A DNA stretch of 64,000 bases, taken from positions 47,122,001-47,186,000 of the forward strand of contig CM052818.1 of assembly GCA_028534125.1 (NCBI GenBank), given 5' to 3'. Source of the DNA: Lama glama (lineage: Eukaryota). The translations under genes and the position numbers were made by a program. This document shows, piece after piece, positions 13,430-25,433 of the stretch (position 1 is its first letter; each line of letters begins with the position of its first letter). The notes under the pieces are model-generated. The model made no database searches. It worked only from the letters and a program-made list of their open reading frames with translations, and was not told the origin of the DNA.

Positions 13430-14027
13430 TACTCTTGCCTCCTGCTATTTCCTTCTCCATTTGCCAGAATCAACTTTTGGAAGATAAATCTGACCTTCTC
13501 ACCCCTTTCTTAAAACTTCAGTGGCTTCCCTGCCTTGTGGGATGAAATGAAAAATCATGACGGCGGTCTCCAGGCCCCGTGTGCCCTGGTTTTTGCCCTC
13601 GGCCTCAGCTGTGTTTCTCTCCTTGGTTAGCCAGCCACTAGGCATGTCTTTTAGTTCCTGGAATTCAATGAGCTTCTCCCACCTCCCAGCTCAGTCTGCG
13701 AAGCTCTTTTGGATTCTCCTTTACCAAGCTCCTTCTTAATCACACTTCAGAGTTCAACTAAAATCTCACCTTAGAAGGGCAGCTTCTAACAACCTGCCAG
13801 ACTGAGTTCAGCGCCCCCAAATCAGCCCAGGGTTTTGTGTCCTCTCACATCCTGCCCTTCTCCTGTGTGGCGTGTGTGACAGTGGCCATTACAGTGGTGA
13901 ACTGTCTCTTCCTGAGAAAGTGGGGGAGCCCTGCGGGACGGGGCAGGGTGTCTCGTGCACGGCTGTAAATTCAGCGCAGAGCACATTTCCTGCCACAAAG
14001 TAGGTGCTCCACTCTTAATTTGTCAAA
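13430..14027 (+). mobile_element. L2 LINE 3' region
   Basis: aaatctgaccttctcacccctttcttaaaacttcagtggcttccc ... cctgccacaaagtaggtgctc. Confidence 0.7.
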
Positions 14028-14894
14028 CATCAAGGGTGTCTGACCCCCAGCAACTCCGACACAGGGAGCTGTCTCTGCCCCCTGCCCCCTGCCCCCCGCC
14101 TGCTGCTCCACACTTCGGTGTTTGCGCTGCCACGGAAAGAATTCGGGGAATGTGCATCATTTCCTGGGAGGTCCATGTCGATGGCAAGGTTCCCCGAGCT
14201 CCACCATAGCTGCGAGGTGAGAGGTGCGGTCTTCACCCGGAGACTGGAAAATAAAATAAAGGGGACATGAGGGGGGCTTACTGTCACTGGGTTTGTAACT
14301 GTTGTCTGTCAAACAGAGGAACTGCAGTCCCAGCAAATGTGGAGCCTACATGACGGCTGAAATGCATTAAGCTTTGGGCCAAAGTTCATCCACTTGAAAT
14401 GACCTCAGGGCCCTTGAAGATACAGTCACTTTATTTGCAGGGCCTGGGTCAAGTCAGTGCCCCATGGAAGATCACTTACAATGTTTTCTTCCTGGAACAA
14501 ATACGGGAAAACTGGGGGACAAGTAGCCTCTACCAGGACAATGGTGACAGTCACCACGCTCTGCATGGTCTCCACGGGGCCCACTCTCCTATCAGAAGAA
14601 TGAGTCACTGAGGTGGGTGATCACTGCATGGGGAAAGGATGTGAAGGGCTGCATCTGGGCTGGTGGCCTGGGGTGATGTCAGCCACCGAAGGCTGGCAGT
14701 GGGAAAAGCAAGGGAGGTCCAGCTGGACAGGTTCTTGACCAGAGCGAACCTTCAGATCATTCTATTTTGCAGCCCACGAAGCGTATGGAAAGTCTTAATG
14801 AAGACATTGCTTTGGTTCGGCATTTTTTCCTGTTACAGAGATTTTTAATGAGGAAATATTAACAGCAAAGCATTAATTATCCTTCAAAATCAGG

Positions 14895-15110
14895 GCTAAC
14901 ACCTATTAAATAGGCCTCCACGCCACCAGGCACTGGGCTGCAGCCCTTGCTTGCTTCATCGCTTCCAAGTCCCCACAATGACCTCCCAAGTGGACATCCA
15001 TTGTGTGGAAGACACTGGAACTTGGGGGGTTACATAACTTGCCCAAGAGTATTTAGCCAATAAGGACAGAGGTGGGATTCCAACCCCATTTTCTTTGAAT
15101 TCAGAGCCAG
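14895..15110 (-). mobile_element. MIR SINE
   Basis: ccaggcactgggc...taacttgcccaag...cagaggtgggattccaaccc...ttcagagcc. Confidence 0.65.
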
Positions 15111-15599
15111 CCCTTTTAACTTTTACAGCAAACTGACACTATTTTGGAGTTTTGGGAAAAGTGCAGGACCCACTTAGGATCCTGCCCTAGGCAGCAGGAA
15201 GCAGTTATAAATGGTGAAATAGAGAAATCCATCACTGGTGTCCCCAGGGGGCCCCGAGCAGACTTCTCCGGAATCACGCACAGGAACACACACACATGCA
15301 CACGCGCACACACACTCTCTCTCTCCAAAAACAAAAGCAAAAACAAACAGACGAACCAGAAGCCTCCAGAGGCAGCTCCTTCCCGTCAGTCTCGCAGGGC
15401 CCAGTGATGGTCGAGGCCGATGCTGGGCTTGGAATCATGTGGCCATACGTGGCCGTCCTGATGCTGCCCGTGACTGTGACCATGGCGTCGCCCCTCAGAC
15501 AACAGCAGAGAGAGGTGGCTCATTTCCTACTCTTCGCCTTGTGCAACCTCATGGCAAAGTATCAGATACCGGGCTGTGCTTCGTAGAAAGGTGGCCGGG

Positions 15600-16285
15600 C
15601 TCAGGGCTTAAGAACATAGGCTCTTGGGACAGTTCTTGGGACAACTGTCCAGTTCAAATCTCATTTGTGCTCCACTTCACCACTGGGCTTGGGCCAGTTA
15701 CTTCAGCAACCTGTACCTTCCTTTCTCCTTCTGTAAAATGAGGGTAACAGTGGTACTTTTCTGTGACTGTTAATTGCTTGTGTTAACTTGGCTAGATCAT
15801 GGCACACAGACAATTGGTCAAATATCAGGCTAGATGTTGCTCTAAAGATATTTTCTAGATGAGATTAACATTTAAATCAGCAGACTTTGAGTAAAACAGA
15901 TTCTTCTTCATAATGTGGGTGGGCCTCGTCTAAGCAGACGAAGGCCTTGACAGAAAAGACTGATCTCCTTCAGGGAGAGGGAATTCTGCCAGCAAATGGC
16001 CTTGAGACTCAATCTGCAGCATCAGATATTCCCTGGGTCTCTAGCCTGTCGACCTGCCTTCCAGAAATCAGACTTGCCAGTCCCCACAATTGCACAAGCC
16101 AATTTCTTAAAATCTCTTTTTCTCTCTCAATAGGATGTATAATGTCCTATTGGTTCTGTTCGCCTGGAGAAGCCTACTACACTATAACACTTCCTCATTG
16201 CGTTATTTGGAGGATAAATGAGTTATGACAGTTGAAGTTCATAGAGCAGAGCCTGGCACAGAGTAAGAGGTCAACCTGTGAATAA
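15600..16285 (+). mobile_element. MIR SINE split by an MLT2 LTR (MIR parts 15600-15761 and 16190-16285)
   Basis: 5' part ends ...ctgtaaaatgagggtaacagtggtac; 3' part resumes cctcattgcgttatttggaggataaatgag...gcctggcacagagtaag. Confidence 0.75.
15762..16189 (+). mobile_element. ERVL solo LTR (MLT2D-like)
   Basis: TG...CA ends; tagatgagattaacatttaaatcagcagactttgagtaaa, cataatgtgggtgggcctc and tcctattggttctgtt match MLT2 hallmarks. Confidence 0.9.
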
Positions 16286-17384
16286 TCGTGCTGAATCCAG
16301 TGCTAATTAATTCAATTTATGCACACACTCTGCAAGGCCTGGGTTGACTTTTCTTCAGTAATAAGTTTACAAAAGACAAAGCTATGAAGGAATCTGCAGC
16401 CCTTGGCCACGGGCAGGTAAAGAGCAAATGTTTTCTGAGAGGTCTGTATGCACATCTGTAGTGAGGTGGACACAGGTACCCATTAATTGGAAAGGCAGCT
16501 CCTGTCCTGGAAAACCCAGCTCCTGGAGGGAAATCCTCACCGGAACACCAATTCCAATGCCATGATCTTGCTGGAGTGGAGGTCAGGCCCAGGGCAACGG
16601 AGCACAGAGGAGGGAGGCTCTGGGTCCAGTGGGAGCCAAGGGAGGTGGTGGAGCTTCTGGGGTAAATAGTGTCATGGGAGAAGCAGGGGGAGAAAGTGCC
16701 CCGCGGAAGAGGTGCAGCATGAGCAGAGGCTGGACCAGTGGGTTTGCTGTGCTGCAGAAGGTGTCTGTGTCCTGCGAGTGGGAGGGGGAGCGGCATTAGA
16801 TGCGGGAAGGGAGACCTGACCGCCTTCAGGGACAAAGCCTCGTGCAATTGCACGTCAGTCGTGTTGATTACGAGAAGGCAGGAGCACAACTGCAGAAGAA
16901 ACGCTTTTGCTCGAGCCTACTGCTTTTACTCAATTTTACGATAATTTTATGACACTATTGAGGGAAGAATCACCCGTTCCTTGGAGACAAAAGCATTGCC
17001 AGACCCTGTCTGAGGGCTCCTCCAGCACCCGGCATGGTGCCTTCCAGAAAATACATTTTAAATACGTTTTTATAGAAATGAATTAAACGGTAAACCTTTG
17101 CTTTTTAGCTCATTCCATCCGTTCAATCAATGTTTGGGGATTGTTGACAGAAATATAATCAAAGAATTTCAGACCTAAGAGGAACTTGGGCTGTGGGCTC
17201 TTCAACCATCTTCTTAAAGAGATGAAGATACTGAGGCCTCGAGATGTTAAGTAATTTACTGCAAATTACCAAGTAGCACGGCTCGTCAGGTGGAGGTCAT
17301 CTGATCCTTTAGTCTAAGAAACAGGGTGACAACGCTAATCCTCTGGGATTGCATATCTCTTTGGCCATGCTGTATTAATTTATT

Positions 17385-17570
17385 TCTGGCTGGTCACTTC
17401 TGTTATTTAGAGAGTGGTGCTAATAAAATAAAGATTGTTGGTCCAGTTCCATCACGGGTGAGTTGGCTTCCATCTGTCCCTTGGTGACAGACTGCACAGC
17501 TCACCAGCTCATAACCCAAAAGAGAAATGGTGGGAACACAGCGGGATCAGGGCAAAAGCACCTCTCAAGT
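17385..17570 (+). mobile_element. Ancient tRNA-derived SINE (MamSINE1-like)
   Basis: ttagagagtggtgctaataa...gttggcttccatctgtcccttggtgacagactgcac...ggatcagggcaaa resembles the MamSINE1 layout. Confidence 0.5.
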
Positions 17571-18904
17571 ATTCAGCGGACACTGTCCAGAATTGAGGGG
17601 GTTGTCGGGTTTAAAGGGTGTTAAAAGAGGAACAGGAATGGTTCCTGCCTTTGTGAAATTCAAAATTAATTCCAAAAATAGCACGAAACCAAGAAACTGT
17701 TCAAGGAAAAAAAGTGACATGATCATAGACGGCAGACGTCAATTTCCAGGCTCTTGCCTGTAGGATGGTGGAGCAGTGTCTCTGTAACTTCAGCCAGAGT
17801 TCAGGTTTGCCTGCTGTCCCCTTGGATCAGAATCACCTGGTCCCCTTGCAGTCATTTGCCATTAAAAGGCAAGGAGCTGAGGTTTCCGTCATGAAAAGCA
17901 AAGACGGTGAAACAACAGGCAAGAAGCAGGAAACACTATCTGCAAGTCAATGAAGTTGGAAATCAACAAAAGAACGATGTTAGGGCATGCGCCAGAGTTG
18001 TCTGGAGTGGACTGCATTTTCTGCAGGGAGATAGGAGATCAGAACACTAGTTTGTCATACTGTTCCTCAGACAAGAGAGTCTGTGGGCTGTGCATGGTCT
18101 CCCAGGTGGACAACACATTAGGACCAAACTGATTGTGGATGGAAATCCCTTGGAAGTTGACAGCTGAATATGGCGGCACCTTTCACTTAAATTTCTGAGA
18201 AGCAGCAAACATAGCTTCTTGGTAATCGGATTGGGTGTGTATTGCCAAGACTACCCAAAAAGAGCCAGCCCATTCATAGTGGGAGAGATGGCAGTTTCTG
18301 CACAGGTGAGAAAAGACATTCACGCCCATCCCGCCCTGGAGTGACCCTCGAAGGACCACGTAGTTTGTTATGACTAAGTTTCTAAATTTCATAAGAAACT
18401 TAGCAGAATTAGACACAGAACCAATCCAAATCATCAAAAAAGGTAACCATAGCACCTCCTCTGAAATTAAGCCCTTTTAAGACAACGCTTGCTTAAAGGA
18501 GTCTGTGTATTGCCCTCGGTACTTGCTGGGGCTCTCGCACGTAGTAAGTGGACATTGAATATCTGAGGAATGAATGAAAAAATCCATGACAATGGTTAAA
18601 AATGAAAGAGACTTGGAAACACATCACACTAATGTCTTCATGTATGATCATGTATAAATAATCAAGACACTGATTAAATTGACAGATTTAGGAAATAACC
18701 ACTCAGGAGACTATTTCTCCACCATGTACTGGAATTAAACTTCGCAGGTTGGTTGTGTCATCTGATTTGGCCCTCACAACAAAGTAGATACTTCCTTCCC
18801 CACTTTAGGGGAACTGGGGCTCATGTTAAATGACAGCCGTGGATGATTACTATAGAGAATACTGGTGCTTCCGTGAGTGTAACTACTTGAACATTTTGTT
18901 GTCA

Positions 18905-19150
18905 GAATTTTCTTGGTATATCCTTTGGTTCCTTCACTTTTATGTTTTTACGTTTAAAGTTTGTCTCTTGTAAATAACGCATAGTTTTAACAAATTGAAT
19001 CCAACAATATTTGTTTTATTTAATTGGAATATTTAGTTCATTTACTTTTAATGTAATTGCTTATATATCTAGGTCTAAATCTACCATCTTGTGATTTGTT
19101 TTCTACTTGTCCCATATGTCCCTTGCCTTCTTTTGTATTAGTTAAATACT
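18905..19150 (-). mobile_element. Ancient L1M internal fragment
   Basis: tttaaagtttgtctcttgtaaataacgcatagtt...taattggaatatttagttcatttacttttaatgtaatt...ctaccatcttg. Confidence 0.7.
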
Positions 19151-19171
19151 TAACTCCAAAAAAAAAAAAAA

Positions 19172-19337
19172 ATATGGGTTCATCAATTATAGCAAAGGTG
19201 CCACTCTAGGGGGCGATGTTGGTAATAGGGAGGTCCTGCATGAGCAGGGGTAGGAGGTTTACGAGAAATCTCTGCACCTTCTCAATTTTTCTGGGAAACT
19301 AAAACCGCTATGAAAAAAGAAAGCCTTTACTAAAAAA
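19172..19337 (+). mobile_element. L1MC-type 3' end
   Basis: ggttcatcaattatagcaaaggtgccactct...gatgttggtaatagggagg...gaaatctctgcaccttc...aactaaaaccgc...aaaaaa. Confidence 0.8.
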
Positions 19338-22300
19338 TATGTGGAGCGAATGAATGAGCGACCCACCCAGGGTGACTCGGCTGGCATGGGCTAGGACGGA
19401 CAAAACTTGCTTCTCCTGATTCTGATTTAGTGCCCCGATTTAAAGTCACTCTGGTTTAAGACTAAACAGGAGCGTGTTTCTGATGAGTACCCTGCCTCTC
19501 CGGGTCTTGGTGACGAATTGGTCGTAGGAGGCTGCCATACAACGTATGCACCCAGGTCCGTCCTCTCTGTGAGGCTATTGGTCCCCAAGGGCACACCCTG
19601 TGCCCCAGATGGCACGTGAGTCACCCTGTCCTCCCTCTGTCCTCCCTTCTGGCTTTGCACTTTTCTCTCTTGTCACTGGATCACAAGCAGACGTTTGTCT
19701 CTGTGACTCTCATCATACTATGATTATTTCAAAGACTGAGGCTGCATTGTAACCAGCTTTCTATGCCCTCTCCCCACACGGTGCTTTGTGGATGCTAGGC
19801 GCTCAAAACTGCCTACTGCAGAAGGGCTCTGACTGTGGAACTGCCTTTTATCTGTCACATAGAAAATAGGTTCCCAATTAAATACCTTTTGTTGATGGTA
19901 ATAACAACAAATATTAATGCCAAGGCGTGTTACCACCACGCTTTCAAACAAAAGATGACATAGTGGCAGGAAAGAAGCCGTTCTTCAGGAAACTACCAGA
20001 AGCACTGCTCTTGTGTCATGATATTTTTTGGACCCTAGTGGACCGGGCCCGGGCTGATGACAGTCTGTGGATGGAAGAAGGGAAATGAATGGTTCACATG
20101 CCAGTTGGCTGGTGTTCCTGACTGGATTCAGAGAACATTCTCTCTTGCTCGTCGTTTTGGACCACATACCTCTGAAAGGCGAAATCCCACTTTTTGAGCT
20201 GGCGTTTCCTGAGTCATATCTGGTGAGCAGAATATCGCAAACGTGTCTGAAGTTGGTGGCGTTAGTTACCACCAGCGTTAGAGAAAGGGGGCCGTGATAG
20301 CAGAGCTAAGCTCTGGTTCCTATTGATTAGAAAGTATGGGTTGTAGGCTAAACATTGGAGCTTTTCTCAAGGTAAAGTTTCCACCAAAGAAAAAAATACG
20401 TGAATCAGAGCTGGAAGCCAAGTCAACACCCTGACAAACGTGTTTCCTGGTGATGCTGATAAACCAAGTCGGATAAAGGGAAGATAAACAAACATTTGGA
20501 AGTGGAGTTTGAGAGGGCAAAAGTGATATTGGACATATTGGATGGAAAGTTTGCTTCAAAAACAGAAATTAATTTGTTCAGTAAGTCAGAAGATGGACTA
20601 GGCTAGCATTACATGAAAAAATTGAATGATGATCACTCAAAAATATGTCGAACCCCAGGGAGCTCAAGTTTTGGAAATCATTTCAGAACTGGATTAAAAA
20701 TAACTTCAATTACTGCCCGGCCGGTCCTTTTTTCCTTCTTTTTTCTGAGGATGGTGGTGGTGGGGGGGGAGTCCAAATTTCCCCTAAATCAAGTTTGAAT
20801 ATTCCTGGCGGAATTTGTCCGAGGCTCTGTAGCATTCGGTCTTGCCATGTCTTACAAACATATAAAAGGCTATTGTTGCACAGTTTGGTTTTTTATAATT
20901 TTTCAACTCCTTTACCTCGGGAGTCCCTTTAAAGTTACCTTCCAACGGGAAACCGTCTGTGAAGACCAGGACTTTCCATGAGAACAAAGAGGTAGTCTTT
21001 CCTGTGGAGGAGAATTCTGCACTGGCAGAGAGCTGCATGACCTAATAGGCCCTTTCTATCTCTAATTTCTGTGATTCTATGAAAATCATCCCTCACTATA
21101 AGAAACAGATGTTGGCTGGTGACAATGGCCGCGAGGATCCGTCTTCCCCCATCGGCCCCTTTCAGAGGCGTAGGCTGCCACCTCGTCCCCCCCACTTCTC
21201 TGCTCGGTGGCAGCTGATGAGATATTTATAACTTTCTTCCTCAGCCTGCCAATTATAATTACCGATATCTCCACTGATAAAAAAAAAAAGAAGCATCATC
21301 TGAGTTGCGAGCTGTGTGTGATAAGCCAAGTTGGAGTTGAAAATGAGAACGGTTTATTCCAATGATGGACAAAAGAGAGGTGCCTCTGGGGGCAGCACGG
21401 CCATCCAGGCTGTGCTCACGTGGCTGCGAGAGAGGTCTTCTGCCTCCCGGAAAGCACCTTCGTGGACGAGAGTGAGCTGGAGATGCCCTTGTGAGCAGCG
21501 GTGCCTGGAATAGACAATGCTGTCTGTACTGTACAGAGTTAGAGAGTGGCTTTAAATATAATAAATAAAAGTGAAATCTCACACAAGGCAGCGCAGCTTA
21601 GTAATTGCTGTTCTGGAGCTCACGTCTCTGCAGTTATTGAGCTCAGCATTTCAACTCCAGCTGCAGCACAATTTTTGCCAAATATAGATAAATGAAGTTA
21701 AAGTTATTGGCAACCACTAGTTCTGTGTCCCTGTTTTGAGTTTATAGATTTCATAGGAATGGCATTACTTTCGTTCTGCTGCAGACAATGGTTCTTCTGA
21801 AGGGGGAGCCTTTTCCATTGCTACAGAGTGTGGCATCTCGACCGAGGCTGGAAGTTGTACCAGAGAGCTACCCGGGCGGCTGGGGGGACATTTCTGATTG
21901 AACTCTGGATCCGTTGAAATTTGGAGGTGAGGGAAGGCAGGCTCTCCACTCAACCAGCATATTTTAAGTACTTCCAAATCTTAACGGAATTTTCATAAAG
22001 TATAAGGTGTTCCCCCTTGTCATGGAAATTTTTAACAACAGTGATGGCTCCATCTGTATCTTCAGAGACAGTCACCTTCAGAAATAAGCCACCCATGAAA
22101 ATAATGTTTAGTTGTAGACTTTTATTTTGGGTGAAATTTGAGGCTATAGAATTTCTGCTTAGCTGACCCAAAGATATGAATATAGACAGAATCAAAGAAT
22201 CATAGCATTAAGAATTAAAAGTGGTCTCAGAACTGGGGTTCCACTTGGCCTTGTGTACCACCCCTGGAGGCAGATGACCCCTGACCTCTCTTTGATCATC

Positions 22301-22628
22301 TTTGGATGGACATAAAGCTTGGTCCTCCAGGAGGCATTCACTTCCGACACCTCTTCTAACTGTCGTGGTTCAGTAACTACACGGCACTGTCTTGGTAGAG
22401 GTCAGCGGTCAGCCTCCATGCCTCCCTTGGGTGTTTTCTTCTCAATCCCCCAGCTATCTTGTCATAGCTTTTATTGCCTTGTTTTAGTTTTTAGGCTCCT
22501 TAACAGTCTGGTGGCTTTGCTGCTTTGGAAAAATAGTTTCTAGAGCCTTATGTAGCTGCAGAATAGGATGAAAAGACACATTCTGGAAGAGGATCATCAC
22601 GTGAGTTAAAGTCAGTTCCATGTACATG

Positions 22629-22653
22629 ACACACATACACACACACACACACA
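22629..22653. repeat. (CA)n microsatellite
   Basis: Seen directly; one interruption. Confidence 0.9.
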
Positions 22654-23379
22654 GTCTCGATGTCCTGGCTGTTAATTGGCCTGGAACCACTTGATTAAAT
22701 TCTTAAAGTTTTTCTATCCCTGGTTATCTCACTTACACTCATCACAAGGTCATCCCTACGTTTCTTTGCTCTCTGACCCCTCTGTATATAATGAAGTTAG
22801 AACAGAGTCATTACTCACTCTCTTTTCCCTCCTCCTCCCCTCTCCCTTCCCCTTTCTTTCCCTCTCTCCTTGGTTTCTTTCTCCGTGAGTGATTTAAGCC
22901 CATTTAAAAGAAGAATACAACTCAGCACTGAGAAAATAATTGAAATATTCTAAAATGCATCCTTTTCAATTCACAGCATTCTGGCGATCACCTCTATTTA
23001 GAAATCACGTTGATTGCCTTTCTACCAAATCTCAAGACTCAGTCACCCCGGGCGCCCAGACAGAGGTGGGAGGACCCTCCTCCACGGCCCGTGGCAGCTC
23101 TGTTATGACAGGTCTCACACTGTATTATAAATATGTGATTTTACCTAGTTCCTCCCCTCCAAACTGCTTAGTGACCACTTTTAATTTATTTTCACATTCT
23201 GAGTCCCAGCAGGCGAGTGACTGGTGCATAGATGGTCCCCAGAAAATATCTGTTGAGTGCATGAATGCTCTAACCACAAGAATGCCTTGGCTAAACAGCA
23301 CCAACAAAAAGGGAGAGCCTCTGAACGCAGTTTGTGCAGGAGGCGAGGAGGATGCTCTAGTGACTGTGTCTGGGATCTG

Positions 23380-23600
23380 GAGACGTCCGCCTGCTCCCGC
23401 GCGGCTTGGGCCAGCTCCCTGGAGCAGCCTCGCCCCAGCCCAGCGTAGCTGTTGGAGAGCCCCGCTCCGCGCCCAGCTGTAGGCTCCTGGCTGAAAACGC
23501 ACTTGCGCGCTTTCCGCGTGCCTGTTGGATGCGGGCCTCCCTCCCCCGCCCCCCCAGGTGCACCAGGATCTGCTGCTGCCCCGTCTCCTTTTGAGAAAAA
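23380..23600. promoter_or_regulatory. Small CpG/GC-rich patch, candidate enhancer or alternative promoter
   Basis: Many CpGs (cccgcgcgg, ccgctccgcgc, ttgcgcgc); GC box ccccgcccc; E-boxes cagctg and caggtg; no recognised repeat. Confidence 0.4.
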
Positions 23601-24112
23601 GTGCCAGGTGGGAGGCTCAGGGGGCAGGGGCTGCACTGCTTCTCGGAGCCTGAGTTGGCGACAACTGTCCTGTCTTCTAATAACAGAACAGGAAGGATTA
23701 AGGTTCCATCCCCTCCTAAGTTATTTCATTTGAATATGAAGATCTTCCCTACAGGGAAGGCCTGCAGGAATTCTGTCCTTATGCCTCTGAAGGTGGTCCC
23801 CAAATCACCATCTGTCCTGGGCCCCAAGTCTTGCCCCGAGGCACAGACCAGCCTGTGAGCATCTTTTCTCAAGTTTGAATATGTGATGACCCTGGGGGAC
23901 TCAAGCAAGCTGCACCGAAGCAGCACTGAATCGGGCGGCCGGACTCTGTGCCCGCGAAGATAGCCTGAGAAAGGGCCAGGGAGACCCAGTAGTGGCCAGG
24001 CTGCTGGCTTTGACCCTGAAGTCAGTTTAAGGTCATCGTTGAGTCCGGGGGTTCCTCTGACCAGTTGTGCTTTTCCTGGTCCATTTAAGCCCACAGCTAC
24101 CATTAGCTTTTT

Positions 24113-24323
24113 CCTTTCTTTTTAAAATTAAGGTGAAATTGACATAACATAAAATTAGCCATTAACCATTTCAGAGTGTACAGTTCAGTGGCATTTAGTC
24201 CATTCGCAATGCTGTATAACTTCCACCTTCTCTACTGAGGTCCAAAGCGTTCTCATCTCCCCAGAAGGAGACCTGTACCCGGTAAGCAGTGGCTTCCCAC
24301 GCCCCCGCCCCGTGGCAACCACT
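24113..24323 (-). mobile_element. L1MB-type extreme 3' end
   Basis: aggtgaaattgacataacataaaattagccatt...gtgtacagttcagtggcatttagt...tcatctccccagaagga...tggcaaccact. Confidence 0.85.
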
Positions 24324-24409
24324 GTTACACCACTGGTAGCTGTTGCATCTCAGCCTGCTCAGTGTTGGCAACAATTCTTTTCAGTCCTTTTATTTTATTT
24401 TACTTGGAA

Positions 24410-24730
24410 AAACGTATTAAATACACTTGCGTCAGGCTCTGCACTGAACATTTGATATACATGAACCCATTCAATCCTGGAAATGACACTATAAAATAAA
24501 GTTACTGTCTTTCTTTGTACTCCACTTTTTTCCCCGCTTTATCCTTTCCTACTTTTTACTTCATTTTAACAACCACAAGAAAGCTAAAAAAAAATCCAAT
24601 ATTTACACAAGAAGAAAGTACAAAATTCCCTTCAAAGTTCTTCAGTATTTTTTTTCAGTTTTTAAAATGACAAAGAAATAAAAAGCTTTGCTGTTTAATA
24701 AAAAAAAAGAAAAGAGGAAACTGAGGTAAA
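24410..24730 (-). mobile_element. MIR SINE interrupted by inserted sequence
   Basis: gtcaggctctgcactgaacatttgatatacatgaacccattcaatcct ... atttacac[insert]aagaggaaactgagg. Confidence 0.6.
24618..24711 (+). other. Short polyadenylated retro-insert (mRNA 3' end retrocopy or orphan 3' transduction)
   Basis: AATAAA at 24677; A-tail ~24697-24711; flanked by aagaagaaa (24609-24617) and aagaggaaa (24712-24720). Confidence 0.5.
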
Positions 24731-25281
24731 TAAATTAGGAAATACACACATGGAAAAAAACAGACAAAAATAAAGTCAAAGCGGGTGTTGGTTAACTAGA
24801 AGTGATGTTTAAACCCAGTGCCCAGCCCTGACCCAGGCTCCTCCTCTGACAGGGAGGACTAGGATGCCGGGAGTGAGTGTCAGGACCGGGGGATTAATTT
24901 CTAACCCAGGAGCCAGATGCTTTCTGGAAGCAGTCTCCACGGATTCTGCCCTAAGACCAGGAGAGGGGGACCACGGGCTGATGACAGTCTCGGTCGGTGG
25001 GGAGAGGACCCTGTGCACCTTTCTTGAGGCGAGTGAGGAAGAGGCAGAGAGTAGTCAAGTGACTTGCTCACTGTCACACAGCATAAGCGGCAGAGCCAGG
25101 GCTCATGCTCTCGGCCACTCTTACACGCTTCACTAGTGACCCTGTGTGTTCTGTCCCGATGCGGCTTCAGCCCGGCCCCCGGATGCCCTGGCTCTCCCTG
25201 CTGCCGCAGGACTGCCTTCCTTTCTCATGGACCTATGAACCTTTCAGTGCTTCGCCTGCTCCTTCTGGTTTTGTTCTGCAG

Positions 25282-25433
25282 CCTCGTGGGCTTTGGGAAG
25301 AAAGATCCAGTATTAACATCTGCGCTGTAATTTTCCATGACCCTCTCGGAGTGACTGAAGACATGACTGCGATTTTCTGGATCCAGAAGTCTTTTAGGCT
25401 TCAGGCTGACCTCTTTGGACAAACATGGCTTAG
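25282..25433 (+). other. Candidate internal exon (152 nt; likely 5' UTR or lncRNA)
   Basis: Strong acceptor cttcgcctgctccttctggttttgttctgcAG; donor TAG|GTAAGA; unique sequence; one frame open (PRGLWEERSS...QTWLR) but the protein is not recognised. Confidence 0.55.
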
